Below, piece by piece: positions 1 to 7,880 of a stretch of DNA of 64,000 bases. The position numbers and the translations under genes are program-made. The notes under the pieces are model-generated. The model searched no databases, had not been told where the DNA came from, and worked only from the letters and a program-made list of their open reading frames with translations. How positions within the stretch are numbered: position 1 is the first letter of the stretch; each line of letters starts with the position of its first letter. Location: NCBI GenBank assembly GCA_002418775.1, contig DIEU01000058.1, positions 24,224-88,223 of the forward strand, in the 5' to 3' direction. The DNA is from Firmicutes bacterium UBA5766 (lineage in GTDB: Bacteria; Bacillota; Desulfotomaculia; Desulfotomaculales; Nap2-2B).

Positions 1-341
1 ATCGCCAATAATGATGAAGCGGGCATAATAAGGGTAACAGCTCCGGCAAAGGCAGCGGCAAAAGGAACAAGTTCCCCGAATAAAACTGATCTGCCCAAAA
101 AAAAGCCTGCCGCCAGGAAAAAAAAATGTTTTCCGGAAATAGAGGTCCCAAGTTTGGCGAGCAGGGCATTTTTCTTATTTTTTCTCTCCCGCTGGTCCTT
201 CGTGATCTTTTCTGCAGGATCCTTTACAGACAATGACCTTATCCAGGCAACACCGGCAGTATGCTGGACAGGCTTTTTCTTTCTAACCCCCTGTTTTTTC
301 CCCAACCGGCGAAATGGATAAACTTCAGATTTATTTGACAC
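1..341 (-). CDS. spoIIE: SpoIIE (stage II sporulation protein E), N-terminal fragment running off the left edge
   Basis: This is not in the ORF track because the window edge truncates it. My minus-strand translation from GTG at 341 (RBS GAGGTGGGG about 6 nt upstream) gives VSNKSEVYPFRRLGKKQ...GKHFFFLAAGFFLGRSVLFGELVPFAAAFAGAVTLIMP. That resembles the first membrane segment of B. subtilis SpoIIE (..GFLLGRAFILSEVLPFALPFFGA.., from memory). Its position downstream of yabR matches Bacillus synteny. Confidence 0.6.
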   Translation of the reverse strand, partial: MSNKSEVYPFRRLGKKQGVRKKKPVQHTAGVAWIRSLSVKDPAEKITKDQRERKNKKNALLAKLGTSISGKHFFFLAAGFFLGRSVLFGELVPFAAAFAGAVTLIMPASSLLA

Positions 342-462
342 CTTAAGCCCCACCTCTTATACATTCAATTAAGGGTTGGCATCCCTTAACTTTAGATTAT
401 AGTATAAGAGACAGGTATTTATTGTCATTACTGGTAACATGAGTTATTTTTCTGCCGACAAA

Positions 463-1353
463 TTACAACCCGCCGCTTGCCTCCCGAATTGCAAGGCCGT
501 ACAGAAGATCCGCTTCACTAACTTTCAGCCCGGGCAGATCCAAATACAAGAGGATCTGCTTAACAATCCGGACTCCCGCTGTTATTATATCCGCCCGTTC
601 CGGCTGAAGCCCCGGTAAACAGCGGCGTTTTTCAAGCGAAAGAGACGATAATAAGGAAAGCGTTTTTTCGACTTGTCCTGCTGATAAGTCGAAACCATGC
701 GCCAGCGAGGGATTATAAACTCGAAGGGAAAGAGATATGGCCGCAATAGTGGTTACCGTACCGCCAACCCCGATAAGTTCTACAGGAGAAATTTTTCGGA
801 TTTCTTTAAGAGGAGAAACCAGCAGGGAAAAAATTTCTGCATCTGTGAAATTTCCTTCTGTGGCGCGTACTGCGCCAACCTCCACGCTCCGGCAGTGCAG
901 CCGCCCCAGTGCTTTCCAGGTAAACTCGGTACTTCCGCCGCCAAGGTCCATGACAACCGTATTTTGGCTGTCAATGCCTATACGTAAGCCGCTCAGCGCC
1001 CCCTGGTAACTTAAAAGAGCTTCCTCGGCGCCGGGCAGCACTTTTACCTCAAAGCCGGTCTTTTCGGAAACAGCGCGTAGAAAGTCTTCACGGTTGACCG
1101 CATTCCGGACTGCGCTTGTTGCCGCTATAACAACCTTTTCAGCCTGCCAGTCAGGGATCTTTTTTAAAAAATCCTCAATTACAGCTACAGTGCCGCTGAT
1201 TGCCGAAGGCATAAGTTTGGCGGTTCCAATCCCTTTACCCAATCTGGTGGTAACGAGACCGGTGTGCAAAGGTTTTACTTCTTTGAGACTGTTTACTTCC
1301 GCGATAAGCAGGCGGGTTGAGTTTGTGCCGATATCAATAACTGCTATTCTCAT
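463..1353 (-). CDS. Ppx/GppA-family phosphatase (short, 296 aa)
   Basis: MRIAVIDIGTNSTRLLIAEV and MDLGGGSTE are the ASKHA phosphate-binding motifs typical of exopolyphosphatase/GppA enzymes. Confidence 0.85.
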   Translation of the reverse strand: MRIAVIDIGTNSTRLLIAEVNSLKEVKPLHTGLVTTRLGKGIGTAKLMPSAISGTVAVIEDFLKKIPDWQAEKVVIAATSAVRNAVNREDFLRAVSEKTGFEVKVLPGAEEALLSYQGALSGLRIGIDSQNTVVMDLGGGSTEFTWKALGRLHCRSVEVGAVRATEGNFTDAEIFSLLVSPLKEIRKISPVELIGVGGTVTTIAAISLSLRVYNPSLAHGFDLSAGQVEKTLSLLSSLSLEKRRCLPGLQPERADIITAGVRIVKQILLYLDLPGLKVSEADLLYGLAIREASGGL

Positions 1354-1362
1354 AAATCTTCC

Positions 1363-1402
1363 TTAATAATATAAATATAATATAATATAATATAATATTT
1401 AA
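1363..1402. repeat. 40-nt pure A/T tract containing a (TATAA)x4 pentanucleotide repeat (perfect copies 1376-1395)
   Basis: Read directly: ttaataatataaatataatataatataatataatatttaa. It lies between the yabR terminator and the ppx start and holds several overlapping TATAAT-like hexamers. Confidence 0.9.
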
Positions 1403-1424
1403 GGGGGCATTCTAGAATGCCCCC
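1403..1424 (-). terminator. Rho-independent terminator after yabR
   Basis: Perfect palindrome GGGGGCATT-CTAG-AATGCCCCC, 10 nt downstream of the yabR stop. On the minus strand it is followed by TTAAATATTATATT. Confidence 0.6.
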
Positions 1425-1434
1425 CGGCTTATCA

Positions 1435-1827
1435 CTATTCTTCACGCCTTGTCGAACCCCGGCCGCCACGTTTAGCTTCCGTGCTGCGCCGGAGGTGAGT
1501 CTGCTTTTCGTCACTTTCTTTAAGAAACTTATTTAATTTTTCCTCAAAAGAAGCAGTCAGCCTGCCCCTCTGATAACTATTTTCCCTGCTTATAACTTCA
1601 ACCTGCTTGATGGACAAGCCTATCTTACCGCGGGGATCAACCGATATTACTTTAACTGCCACACGATCATTTTCTTTTAGGAAATCATTAATGTCCCTTA
1701 CATATATTCTGGCAACTTCCGATATATGAACTAAACCTGTTTCGCCGTTCGGGAGTTGAATAAAAGCACCAAAATTAGTGATCCCCTTGACGACCCCTTC
1801 TATAACACTCCCTAATTTAGCCGGCAT
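1435..1827 (-). CDS. yabR: S1 RNA-binding domain protein (YabR-like)
   Basis: GSVIEGVVKGITNFGAFIQLPNGETGLVHISEVA...VKVISVDPRGKIGLSIKQ is a canonical S1 fold sequence. Its position after divIC matches Bacillus. Confidence 0.85.
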   Translation of the reverse strand: MPAKLGSVIEGVVKGITNFGAFIQLPNGETGLVHISEVARIYVRDINDFLKENDRVAVKVISVDPRGKIGLSIKQVEVISRENSYQRGRLTASFEEKLNKFLKESDEKQTHLRRSTEAKRGGRGSTRREE

Positions 1828-1915
1828 AATAACCCTTTTTAGATATCCTCCTTAAAGCCAGAAAAGACCTATTAAATTATATGCAGGAGAATAAAAAGGT
1901 GTCAAGAGATTATCT

Positions 1916-2275
1916 TTATTGATTATCTGATTGTGTGGTTATGATCCGGGACTCGCCGGACTTAACCAACCCTAATTTCTCTCTTGCCATCTGCTCAATA
2001 TACTGATCTGACTGAACAAGTTTTAACTGCTTACGCATTTGAGTATTCTTTTCCTGAAGCTCGTCCACCTTTTTTTGAACTTCCTTCATATCGTCCTGCA
2101 TTGAATAGAGCTTTTTAAACTGCAGCGTAATTGAAGCAACAAGGTAAATAAGCAGGATAATAAGAATTATAGACGAGATTTTGCTAACAGAAAAACGGAA
2201 ATTTTTCTTATATCCGGAAAGGATTCTAAGTGAGCTGTTTTTTTCTTTTTTCTGCCGGTGGATTGGCGGAATCAA
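1916..2275 (-). CDS. divIC: Septum formation initiator (DivIC/FtsB family)
   Basis: One N-terminal TM segment (IILIILLIYLVASITL) is followed by a coiled coil and the conserved C-terminal YIEQMAREKLGLVKSGE motif. Confidence 0.75.
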   Translation of the reverse strand: MIPPIHRQKKEKNSSLRILSGYKKNFRFSVSKISSIILIILLIYLVASITLQFKKLYSMQDDMKEVQKKVDELQEKNTQMRKQLKLVQSDQYIEQMAREKLGLVKSGESRIITTQSDNQ

Positions 2276-2529
2276 GATTCCCTTTCCTCCTCTTCGTCTA
2301 CACTGAAAATCCCCAGGTTTCCGCGAACCACTATGACTACCTCATATCCTTTATTGCGGGCACGATTAAACAATGTTGCCACTGTACTGCCGCTCAGGCG
2401 AAGTTTTTGAGCAACCTGCTCGTTGGAATGCCCCATTTCTTTCAGCATAACCACCTGGCGTTCGCGAAAACTCAGTTTTTCAACGCCCCGAATTTCTATT
2501 TGCAAGGATATTACCCCGATTATCCACAA
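2272..2529 (-). CDS. Small HTH protein (LuxR / sigma-70 region-4-like)
   Basis: LSFRERQVVMLKEMGHSNEQVAQKLRLSGSTVATLFNRARNK reads as a LuxR/region-4 helix-turn-helix. Its stop overlaps the divIC start by 4 nt. The true start may be TTG at 2505, which has GGGGT 8 nt upstream. Confidence 0.5.
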   Translation of the reverse strand: MWIIGVISLQIEIRGVEKLSFRERQVVMLKEMGHSNEQVAQKLRLSGSTVATLFNRARNKGYEVVIVVRGNLGIFSVDEEEERES

Positions 2530-2594
2530 AACTTGTACAACTTGTTGACATTTTAATTTTAATATTCTTTATTTGAAAATAAAATCCTTCTACA

Positions 2595-2960
2595 TTAAGA
2601 AAATTTTTTACAAATCCGTTTGAATGTTCTAATAATATACCGGAAACCGGAAACTGGCAGGATAAAAATTCTGTAAAAAGTTAAATAAAAAAACCGTCTT
2701 AAAAGCTTTGCATAGAACAAGACCCCAAGGGCCAACCCCAGGAGGACATAAAAGCGCACTTCACCCTGGTTAGCCAGAAGAAGAAGAACAATTGTCGCCG
2801 CGGTTAACAATAACCAAAAAAGGAGGTCACCTATAAAAACAGCTCTTTTTTTGATATATAAAATTCTGCCGCAAGTCCTGTATAAATCATACAGCGTTCC
2901 GGCCAGCAGCCCGATTCCAACAATACAGGCGAAGGCAAACAAGCTCTCACTCAAGGCCAT
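2595..2960 (-). CDS. yabQ: Spore cortex biosynthesis protein YabQ
   Basis: A small polytopic membrane protein with GLLAGTLYDLYR near the N-terminus, located directly downstream of yabP. Confidence 0.7.
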   Translation of the reverse strand: MALSESLFAFACIVGIGLLAGTLYDLYRTCGRILYIKKRAVFIGDLLFWLLLTAATIVLLLLANQGEVRFYVLLGLALGVLFYAKLLRRFFYLTFYRIFILPVSGFRYIIRTFKRICKKFS

Positions 2961-2972
2961 TTATTACCACCG

Positions 2973-3257
2973 TCACTTGCTGAAGCGGCCGAATATTTTA
3001 TTCTTTTCCCGGGACCCCTGGATAGTTTTGGATTTCTCCTTGAACTGGATTAGCGCAAAAAATCCCTGGGCGGCAAGCGTGCCTTTCTCCAAATCAAGCT
3101 GAGTTATGCTTAGGCCTTCTCCTTTGAGAGATAAAATACCCATATTGGTATCCAGCATAATCTCATCATCGTTGAATTTTTCTACATGCCTAACACCTGC
3201 CAGCGCGAGATTCTTCCGGTCGGTGAGCATAACTTTATTTCCGGCCTGTTCCTCCAT
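2973..3257 (-). CDS. yabP: Sporulation protein YabP
   Basis: LTDRKNLALAGVRHVEKFNDDEIMLDTNMGILSLKGEGLSITQLDLEKG matches the YabP family pattern. Confidence 0.85.
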   Translation of the reverse strand: MEEQAGNKVMLTDRKNLALAGVRHVEKFNDDEIMLDTNMGILSLKGEGLSITQLDLEKGTLAAQGFFALIQFKEKSKTIQGSREKNKIFGRFSK

Positions 3258-3355
3258 TTAAACCTTCTCCTTACATAAATTGTATCTCAATCAACTTACA
3301 TCAGGGAAATTTATATATTTTTATGCCTCAGAGAAGGGGAAATATGCGCAAAAAA

Positions 3356-3375
3356 AGTGGCCTTCAAAGGCCACT
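3356..3375 (-). terminator. Rho-independent terminator after spoIID
   Basis: On the minus strand it reads AGTGGCCTTTGAAGGCCACT followed by TTTTTTTG, starting 4 nt after the spoIID stop. Confidence 0.7.
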
Positions 3376-3378
3376 GTG

Positions 3379-4323
3379 TTATTCCCAGAGTTTGCGGATT
3401 TGTATATCCTTATAATAAAAACCTACAATATCTTCCGGTGACGAACCTTCTTCAGCCAGCTTTTTAGCTCCCCACTGACACATCCCTACCCCATGCCCGA
3501 ACCCTCTTCCATTAAGAACCAACGAACCTTCTTTAACCGCCACTCCGGTAAGTAAAGTGGAACGCATCAACTCACTGCCTATGGCAAGCCGCAGAGCAGG
3601 CGCGCTTACCGTAACGTTTCCAAGTTGCAGCTGCTCAACTCTTCCGGAAGGACCTCGTTTTACGACTCTTGCGGATTCAATAGCCCCGGCATCCTTTCCG
3701 GTTACTTTTTTCACCGCCTGGCGAACCTGTTCGATCGGTATCCGCTTTTCCCACAGGCGATTCTCAGGTTTTGTGATGGACAGGCAGTTATCTTTTACTC
3801 CCGCTTTTACGTAGGGAGTTGGCGTTTTGGTATAACCGAGCCCCTCGGCCGCAGAGGCTGCAACCCCTCCATCGCAGGCATTGAACCAGGCTTTAATGTA
3901 CTGACCATTATAAGTGACCACCTTACCCCGGGTAAGTTTCACAGCCTGGCGCACACGATCGTTTATTCTTGAAGAATTATAGGCCTGAGATTCCTGTACA
4001 TCAGTGGATACATCGGTACCGTGCAGTTGACGCACCCGACCGCTTTGGATGTTTTCCATCGTAAAGGTTCTGGCCAGGATTGCCTGGGCTGCAAGGGCAT
4101 TTACCGGCCAAGCGGGTTCCATTTCCTCCGCCACTACGCCGGCTACATAGTCCTCAAGCTTAATTTGCTTTTTTTGCCCGGTCTCGCTCACGTAAATCGA
4201 GATAGTTGGTTCTTCACGCGGGGCGCCAGGAACCGGCTTGCGGGAAACCTGGCGGACGCACGCCGTCATCAGAAGGCAGAGTATAAAACTAACGACCAGC
4301 ATCCCAGTAAACCGTTGCTTCAA
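3379..4323 (-). CDS. spoIID: Stage II sporulation protein D (SpoIID lytic transglycosylase family)
   Basis: Signal/TM N-terminus, then LEDYVAGVVAEEM, ALAAQAILARTF and a C-terminal GHGVGMCQWGA motif. TTG start with RBS GAGGAGG. Confidence 0.85.
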   Translation of the reverse strand: MKQRFTGMLVVSFILCLLMTACVRQVSRKPVPGAPREEPTISIYVSETGQKKQIKLEDYVAGVVAEEMEPAWPVNALAAQAILARTFTMENIQSGRVRQLHGTDVSTDVQESQAYNSSRINDRVRQAVKLTRGKVVTYNGQYIKAWFNACDGGVAASAAEGLGYTKTPTPYVKAGVKDNCLSITKPENRLWEKRIPIEQVRQAVKKVTGKDAGAIESARVVKRGPSGRVEQLQLGNVTVSAPALRLAIGSELMRSTLLTGVAVKEGSLVLNGRGFGHGVGMCQWGAKKLAEEGSSPEDIVGFYYKDIQIRKLWE

Positions 4324-4737
4324 TTTCTTTTCCTCCTCGTACTAATTAAGTGTTTTTATTCTTAACCCGGAGGAAAAAAAATATGTGTTCACTAAAGGGT
4401 AGCCTAACACCTCCTGCCAGCTTTTTCCGCTCTAAAAAAGATAACCTTTGTTACTAAAATTGTCCTTCAGGTTAAGGACATTATTTTGGGCAAGGCGCCC
4501 TCACTTAAGGTATCTTTTTAAGAAACTTTTCAGGGAACTAAATAAGCGCACCGTCCCTCATATAACACCACCTCCCATAATGGTAATATATGTTAATTAT
4601 AGCATTATCGGGCAAATACTGTAATAATCCAAAATAGTCAACCAATGATAATAAACGGACAAAAAAAAAGAAGACCACCAGATCTCTTTAAAAAGCTCTT
4701 GATTACTATGAAAAGGTAATGAAAAGGTAATAAAAGA

Positions 4738-4752
4738 GGGGCTTTTAGCCCC
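4738..4752 (-). terminator. Probable terminator overlapping the yabO stop codon
   Basis: GGGGC-TTTTA-GCCCC hairpin. On the minus strand it is followed by TCTTTTATTACCTTTTCATTACCTTTT. Confidence 0.45.
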
Positions 4753-5030
4753 TACAGGTAATCTTCCTGCCCGTTTCCTGTTTTCCTGTCTTCAAGGACT
4801 TTATACATTTGAGAAACCAGCTTGGCAGGCATATTCTCCGCCAACATGCAGACTTCAATCTTAAGCCGGCGCCGCCCCAAGCTGATCTCAACAATATCGC
4901 CGTTCTTAATATCGGCGCCTGCTTTTGCCGCACGCCCGTTTATACTGACCAGTCCCCGATCGCACACTTCTTTGGCTATTGTTCTTCTCTTGATCAACCG
5001 GGAAACTTTCAAGTATTTATCTACCCTCAC
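4752..5030 (-). CDS. yabO: S4-domain RNA-binding protein (YabO-like)
   Basis: MRVDKYLKVSRLIKRRTIAKEVCDRGLVSINGRAAKAG is a typical S4 domain. Confidence 0.8.
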   Translation of the reverse strand: MRVDKYLKVSRLIKRRTIAKEVCDRGLVSINGRAAKAGADIKNGDIVEISLGRRRLKIEVCMLAENMPAKLVSQMYKVLEDRKTGNGQEDYL

Positions 5031-5077
5031 AATATCACCAAAAAAAAAAATGAAATTGCTTCCAAAGATGCCTAAAT

Positions 5078-5350
5078 TCAGGAAATTACTTCTCTTAACG
5101 CTTTTCCAGCCTTAAACACAGGCACACGGGTAGCGGCGATGTCGATTTCCTGCCCCGTCTGGGGATTGCGGCCCTTACGGGCAGCACGTTCTCTGATCTC
5201 AAATGTACCAAACCCTACCAACTGAACCCTGTCACCCCTTACCAGAGCTTCTTCGACAGTTTCAATCAGGGCTGAAACCGCCCTCTCCGCATCTTTTTTA
5301 GTAAGATCCGATTTTTCGGCTACCTGTGCAATTAGTTCCGCCTTGTTCAT
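5078..5350 (-). CDS. hup: DNA-binding protein HU
   Basis: [25 protein letters not shown]...[24 protein letters not shown]...[12 protein letters not shown] prefer the ATG at 5350 (RBS GAGGGGGG 6 nt upstream) over the track start at 5365. Confidence 0.9.
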   Translation of the reverse strand: MNKAELIAQVAEKSDLTKKDAERAVSALIETVEEALVRGDRVQLVGFGTFEIRERAARKGRNPQTGQEIDIAATRVPVFKAGKALREVIS

Positions 5351-5431
5351 AAATACCCCCCTCATTGGATTTTGGTATATTTTATTATTCGCTATAATAA
5401 TTACAAGTTCCTTCCGCCAAGAAAATATTTC

Positions 5432-6955
5432 CTACTTTTTTTTATTCTTTTCAACTATTTTTGCTTCTTCCCACCATACATCCAACTCATCCAGGGAAAA
5501 TTCGGAAATCTCCTTACCGCTGATCCGGACTTTTTCTTCAATATAATGGAAGCGGTTAGTAAATCTGTTTACCGTCCCGGAAAGGGCCACCTCAGAATCA
5601 ACTCCGAGAAGGCGGGAGAGATTAGTCAGGGCGAAAAACAAGTCTCCGACTTCTGCTTCCATCTCATCAGGAGAGTTCTCCGCAATAGCCAAGGTCAGTT
5701 CTTTCAGTTCCTCCTTAACCTTTTCCATTGCCCCGCGGTAATCGGTCCAGTCAAACCCGGCCTTAGACGCCTTGGCTTGTACATCACCTGCCCGTACGAT
5801 AGCCGGGAGGTATTTGGGGACCCCGTCTAAAATTGAATCCCCGGGAGTTGTTTTTTTCTCCCTGTTTTTGATCATTTCCCAGTTCAATTCTACTTCAGAG
5901 CTGTCCGCCACTACAACATTGCCAAATACATGGGGATGTCTTTCAATCATTTTTTTAATAATCCCGGCAATTACGTCATTAAGATCGAAAGCGCCTTCCT
6001 CCCTGGCAATTTGGGAATGAAAAACAATTTGCAATAATAAGTCTCCCAGTTCCTCACATATTTTATACACATCTTCCTGCTCTATAGCGTCAACAACCTC
6101 ATATGCCTCCTCCAGGACATACTTTCGCAGAGTCCTGTGTGTCTGCTCCCTGTCCCAGGGGCAGCCGTTCTCAGAACGCAGGGTCTCCATTATCTCAACA
6201 AGCCGGTCCATGGGGCAGCGGGCTTTTACGGTTTCCGGACCGGGCGGCAGATAAATACTGGTCAGGTGATCTATCCAGTCCAGGCGGTCTATCCTGTACA
6301 GAGGATGCTCTTCAACTCTTTGAAGATCAGGGACTCCTGCGGCCCTGACAATAATAACCTTGTAATCGGGCGGATAGCTTTCCATCAGAACCAGCTTGAT
6401 ATCTGAGGCAACAAGACGGTTGTATACCTGAAGTATTATGTTTCCTATATTTGGCTGGGGAAGTTTTCCTTTAAAAGAGGAGCCGTCCAGAATAAGAAGT
6501 CCCTTTGAAGGGTCGATGTCTAAAGCTGCTATTGTGGCGTCAAGAAAGCTCATTGCCGGAATAACATCAACATCCAGGTTTAAGGAAGCCGCTTGCTGAA
6601 CAATAAGCTCCACTGTTTCTTCCGCAACAAACGGGCTGCCCGGCACCGCATAAACAACAGATCCCCGGCCGGCCTGCTCAAGCACACCGGAAGCTATTTG
6701 TCTATAAACATCCTGAAAGTCAGTTCCGGCTTCATATAAGTTATCGAAAGTGTTGAAATTGATTCCCTGCTGCTTTAACCACGGCACGACAGGATGCTCT
6801 CCTGTACGAAGAAGTATCCGCTCACCCTGCTTTAAGGCTTCCCAAACCATTAGGGGAATTTGCCCGGGATTCCCGGGACCCAATCCCACAATCGTTATTC
6901 GGGCCTTTTGTTTGTGCGGTGCTTGGACCTCCCTCTGGCAAGACGCCGAAGACAT
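5432..6955 (-). CDS. mazG: YabN-type fusion: tetrapyrrole-methylase-like domain + MazG nucleoside-triphosphate pyrophosphohydrolase
   Basis: N-terminal ITIVGLGPGNPGQIPL (TP-methylase fold). The C-terminal half carries duplicated MazG motifs (EEAYEVVDAIE...ELGDLLLQIV and EMEAEVGDLFFALTNLSR). Confidence 0.85.
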   Translation of the reverse strand: MSSASCQREVQAPHKQKARITIVGLGPGNPGQIPLMVWEALKQGERILLRTGEHPVVPWLKQQGINFNTFDNLYEAGTDFQDVYRQIASGVLEQAGRGSVVYAVPGSPFVAEETVELIVQQAASLNLDVDVIPAMSFLDATIAALDIDPSKGLLILDGSSFKGKLPQPNIGNIILQVYNRLVASDIKLVLMESYPPDYKVIIVRAAGVPDLQRVEEHPLYRIDRLDWIDHLTSIYLPPGPETVKARCPMDRLVEIMETLRSENGCPWDREQTHRTLRKYVLEEAYEVVDAIEQEDVYKICEELGDLLLQIVFHSQIAREEGAFDLNDVIAGIIKKMIERHPHVFGNVVVADSSEVELNWEMIKNREKKTTPGDSILDGVPKYLPAIVRAGDVQAKASKAGFDWTDYRGAMEKVKEELKELTLAIAENSPDEMEAEVGDLFFALTNLSRLLGVDSEVALSGTVNRFTNRFHYIEEKVRISGKEISEFSLDELDVWWEEAKIVEKNKKK

Positions 6956-7075
6956 TATTTTTTTCTCTCCTTTGCCCTCAAAAAGAAGGTTTTCGGTTAT
7001 CTATCTTTTAACGAATGGATATACAAGCCCCTAATGGTAAGTAATTATTTGGTCGCTTAGAATCCTATTAAAAAA

Positions 7076-7090
7076 GTGGCCTCCGGCCAC
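7076..7090 (-). terminator. Terminator after spoVT (bidirectional-looking)
   Basis: GTGGCC-TCC-GGCCAC hairpin flanked by an A-run on one side and a T-run on the other. The minus strand reads AAAGGTGGCCGGAGGCCACTTTTTT. Confidence 0.6.
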
Positions 7091-7098
7091 CTTTCTTT

Positions 7099-7659
7099 TT
7101 ATTGCTCCATTTGTTTGGCTAAAAACCCGGCTGCCGTTTCGGCCAGTTTCAGCTCCAGCTCACCCATTCTTTTTTCCGGTTCCTTTGAAGCCAGAATTAC
7201 AGCCCCGATAGGATCCCCGCCACAAATAATCGGCGCGATTACTTCTGAAGAATACTTGCATTCACCATTATCTATAATCATACATTCTTTACAAAACGGA
7301 TCCTCCCCGGGATTGTTAATCACCACTGTTCTGCGCTCTTCCATAGCCTTTTCAAGAGCAGGGCCAATCGGCTTATTAAGATATTCTTTCTTAGGAGCGC
7401 CGGCGGCGGCAATTATCGTATCCCGGTCAGCAATACAGGCGATATGCCCTAAAGCTTCATAAAGCGAATCGGCATATTCTTTGGCAAAGTCCCCTAATTC
7501 CCCAATAGGTGAATATTTTTTTAGGATCACTTCACCTTCTCTGTCAACAAAAATCTCCAAAGGATCGCCCTCACGGATACGTAAGGTTCTGCGGATCTCT
7601 TTCGGGATTACCACTCGACCCAAATCATCAATACGACGGACAATACCAGTTGCTTTCAC
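7099..7659 (-). CDS. spoVT: Stage V sporulation protein T (AbrB-family regulator)
   Basis: MKATGIVRRIDDLGRVVIPKEIRRTLRIREGDPLEIF is the AbrB swapped-hairpin N-domain. It is followed by a GAF-like C-domain and sits next to mfd as in Bacillus. Confidence 0.9.
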   Translation of the reverse strand: MKATGIVRRIDDLGRVVIPKEIRRTLRIREGDPLEIFVDREGEVILKKYSPIGELGDFAKEYADSLYEALGHIACIADRDTIIAAAGAPKKEYLNKPIGPALEKAMEERRTVVINNPGEDPFCKECMIIDNGECKYSSEVIAPIICGGDPIGAVILASKEPEKRMGELELKLAETAAGFLAKQMEQ

Positions 7660-7880
7660 GGATCACCCTCCCTCCTTGTTTTTTAAAACTGAGCAATAGA
7701 TCCTTTATTGATAGTATATAACAAGGGAAAGATGGTTATTCATTTTTTACCAATACCTACGAAATAATTTTCAGGTTTCGGAAAAATCCAATGTTATTCG
7801 CTTTTAAGCAACTTCTATCCATATTCTAAATTATCCCTTTAGGTCAGGCAAGCTTTTATTTAGCAGGCTTCTTTTAAGGT

